From assembly GCF_030028105.1 (NCBI RefSeq), contig NC_092377.1, positions 89,186,569 to 89,250,568 on the forward strand: a stretch of 64,000 nucleotides of DNA, given 5' to 3'. Of the stretch, positions 61,808-64,000 are shown piece by piece; the stretch's first letter is position 1; the number at the start of each line of letters is the position of its first letter. A model generated the notes under the pieces. It did not search any database. It saw nothing but the letters and a program-made list of their open reading frames with translations, and was not told the origin of the DNA. Source of the stretch: Mobula birostris (Eukaryota). The position numbers and the translations under genes are program-made.

Positions 61808-62297
61808 CTCCATGCGTAGGTTCATGAGGTTAATTCCTGGGATGGTGGGACTGTCATATGTTGAAAGATTGGAGCGACTGGGGTTGTATACATGGGAATT
61901 TAGAAGGATGAAAGGGGATCTGATTGAAACATATAAGATTATTAAGGGATTGGACACGCTAGAGGCAGGAAACATGTTCTCGATGTTGGGGGAGTCCAGA
62001 ACCAGAGGCCACAGTTTAAGAATAAGGGGTAGACAATTTAGAACAGAGTTGAGGAAAAACTTTTTCACAGAGAGGGTTGTGGTTCTGTGGAATGCTCTGC
62101 CTCAGAAGGCAGTAGAAGCCAATTCTCTGGATTCTTTCACAAAAGAGTTAGATAGAGCTCTTAAAGATAGCGGAGTGAAGGGATATGGGGAGAAGGCAGG
62201 AAAAGGGTACTGATTGTGGATGATCAGCCATGATCACAGTGAATGGTGGTGCTGGCTCAAAGGGCTGAATGGCCTACTCCTGCACCTATTGTCTATT
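61808..62297 (+). mobile_element. young CR1 (HER1-like) LINE 3' end inserted in the Gypsy protease region
   Basis: Open peptide [25 protein letters not shown]...RTRGHSLR...RKNFFTERVV; (CTATTGT)n tail; removal restores [18 protein letters not shown]. Confidence 0.9.
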
Positions 62298-63237
62298 GTA
62301 ACGACACACTGAAGCCTGGTCCCACTAAGCCCTCAGAAATAAGGTCTTTTTCTTCCTGGAGTTCCTTGATACATTGCTGGGAATGTGCTCCCCCAGAGAC
62401 CCTAAGCCTTTCCCCCACTAGGCCTCTGTTAAGTTTCCCGACACTTCTCTGATCATCTGAACAACCGAGGAAGGGGCTGACCCCCTTAACTGATCCCCCT
62501 TGTACCGCAAGCAATTTATCTGCCCCCCCCCCCGCTTTCAGATAACTGGCCACTGTCTCTACAGGGTAATTGACCCTGACAGTTCTAACACCGTCACCAG
62601 CCCGCCTACTCAAACTTTCAACCAATCCCAGCCACTCTCCCTCAACCGAGCACTGCCACTCATCTAACAGCTGAGAGATCCATTCCACCCACATCTCGTA
62701 CTCCTCTGCCCCCTCCCTCCTGACAGTATGGACAGCTCCTGGCCCCACCTCACCTGGGGCACCTATAGACACTGGCAATCCCACCTCCGTGACGTCAGCG
62801 CTAGCCCATGCTAAAGCAAGGTCTGAGCCCGCCATTTTATCAACTTTTCGCTCTACAATTTCAAACTTGCCATCAGCTTTAACCATACCTAAAAATCGAA
62901 TTAGCAATTCATCCAAGGTATGAATATCCACCCCACTCAGCCCGTTACTAACCCCAGTCCCACAGAGGCACACGTGTCTAATCACAATCCCACAGAGACA
63001 CACTAGCACAGTCCCCCTCCCCGACCAGACTTTAGCACTCAGCCTCTGGGCTCCTGCCCCGAGCCCGGAATCAGCGGGTCCAGCCACCATCTCCTCAAGC
63101 CACATCTTCTCTCTTCATCCTCCTCGCGTCTTCTCCCCAAAGCCCGTGCAAATTAACAGCTTTCACACAGACCGAAAGAATAACATCTATCCCAATTGGT
63201 TAGCAAATGAATATGTCCGGTTATCACTAATTATAAC

Positions 63238-64000
63238 ACCTTTAGTGTCAATAAATCACTCGTGCTGTATCCTAGTACTTTAAAGGGGAGAGTCTTTTTA
63301 TACTCGCCTGACTTTTTTATACCTTAAAAATATATACTTGTTGAGAATTATCAAGTTTTAAGTGTCAGTTATTACTTATGCACTATTATTTTGAGTCATA
63401 GGGTCACATAGCATGGAAAAAAGCCCTTTGGTCTAACTTGTCCATCTGCCTAAGACTGCCATCTGATATCCTATTTGGCCATTTTTGGTTCACATCCCTC
63501 TAAACCTTTTCTATACCCCTACCAATCCAAGTGACTTCTAAATGTTGTGTAAGACTCGTTGCATCTAGTGGCATGAGCTCGGGGGTGGCTCCCCCTCCCC
63601 GACCAAACTTTAGCATTCTTGTTTGGGTGGATGCTGCGTGTTGTGTCCCCTGTGTAACATCAGTACCCCGAAATAACATTCAGTCCACAATGTGCAGTTA
63701 AACGATTAAGATTTTATATTTAAGTATGGGGTTAGTAGAGAAACAAAAGAAAAGGAAAACAAATAAAAGGTGCCAATAATCTCATAAACATGTTCAGTGC
63801 ACAAATGTTGGAGCTCACAGATTCCCTTTCGCTGATCCTCCTTCGCTAGTCGGCCCCTGGGCTCCTGCCCCGAGCCCGGGATCAGCGGGTCCAGCCACCA
63901 TCTCCTCAAGCCACGTCTTCTCTCTCCATCCTCCTCGCACCTTCTCCCCGAAGCCCGCGCAAATTAACAGCTTTCACACAGACCGAAAGAATAACATCAA
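63238..64000. repeat. local duplication of 56345-~57095 (310-bp flank plus LTR from 63548)
   Basis: Near-identical from ACCTTTAGTGTCAATAAATCAC through the LTR start TGTAAGACTC; offset 6893 bp; runs off the window. Confidence 0.92.

Larger units (their letters stand above)
56656..63237 (-). mobile_element. internally deleted Gypsy element related to 44086-51283, carrying a myosin-derived insert
   Basis: 3' LTR 56656-57248 (TGTAAG...CTTACA) with PPT GGTGGGGGAAGAG; partial 5' LTR ~63040-63237; gag/PR/RT remnants ([43 protein letters not shown]) and integrase tail WYMLPF...EETPGPSPT. Confidence 0.9.

Noticed and set aside
37100-64000. RMND1 coding exons
   Set aside because: No RMND1-like peptide was recognised in the ORF track or the unique stretches read; a short or divergent exon could have been missed.

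Overview
Repeat-dense vertebrate genomic DNA. The repeat repertoire (CR1/HER1-like and Rex1 LINEs, Penelope-like elements, V-SINE-like SINEs) suggests a cartilaginous fish, probably a ray; this is an inference. The only complete host gene is ARMT1, on the minus strand. It has five coding exons (36898-36780, 26073-25968, 22840-22599, 21517-21352, 16303-15527) with GT-AG splice sites and compatible phases, giving 469 aa with an acidic N-terminal extension. A CpG-rich, probably bidirectional promoter sits at ~36.7-37.1 kb; the divergent gene is expected to be RMND1 by synteny, but no RMND1 coding exon was seen. A second CpG island at ~3.8-4.2 kb holds a probable first exon of CCDC170 with an RFX X-box. 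Most of the remainder is nested mobile elements: a full-length but disrupted Gypsy element with PNMA-like Gag, a BEL/Pao relic, L1, Rex1, RTE, CR1, Chapaev3-like and Tigger-like elements, and several Penelope-like insertions built as inverted pairs carrying minimal hammerhead ribozymes. The most unusual observation is a second, internally deleted Gypsy element (56656-63237). In it, the RT C-terminus, RNase H and most of integrase are replaced in frame by three stitched, intron-less pieces of a sarcomeric myosin heavy-chain tail. All homology calls come from recalled motifs, not database searches.
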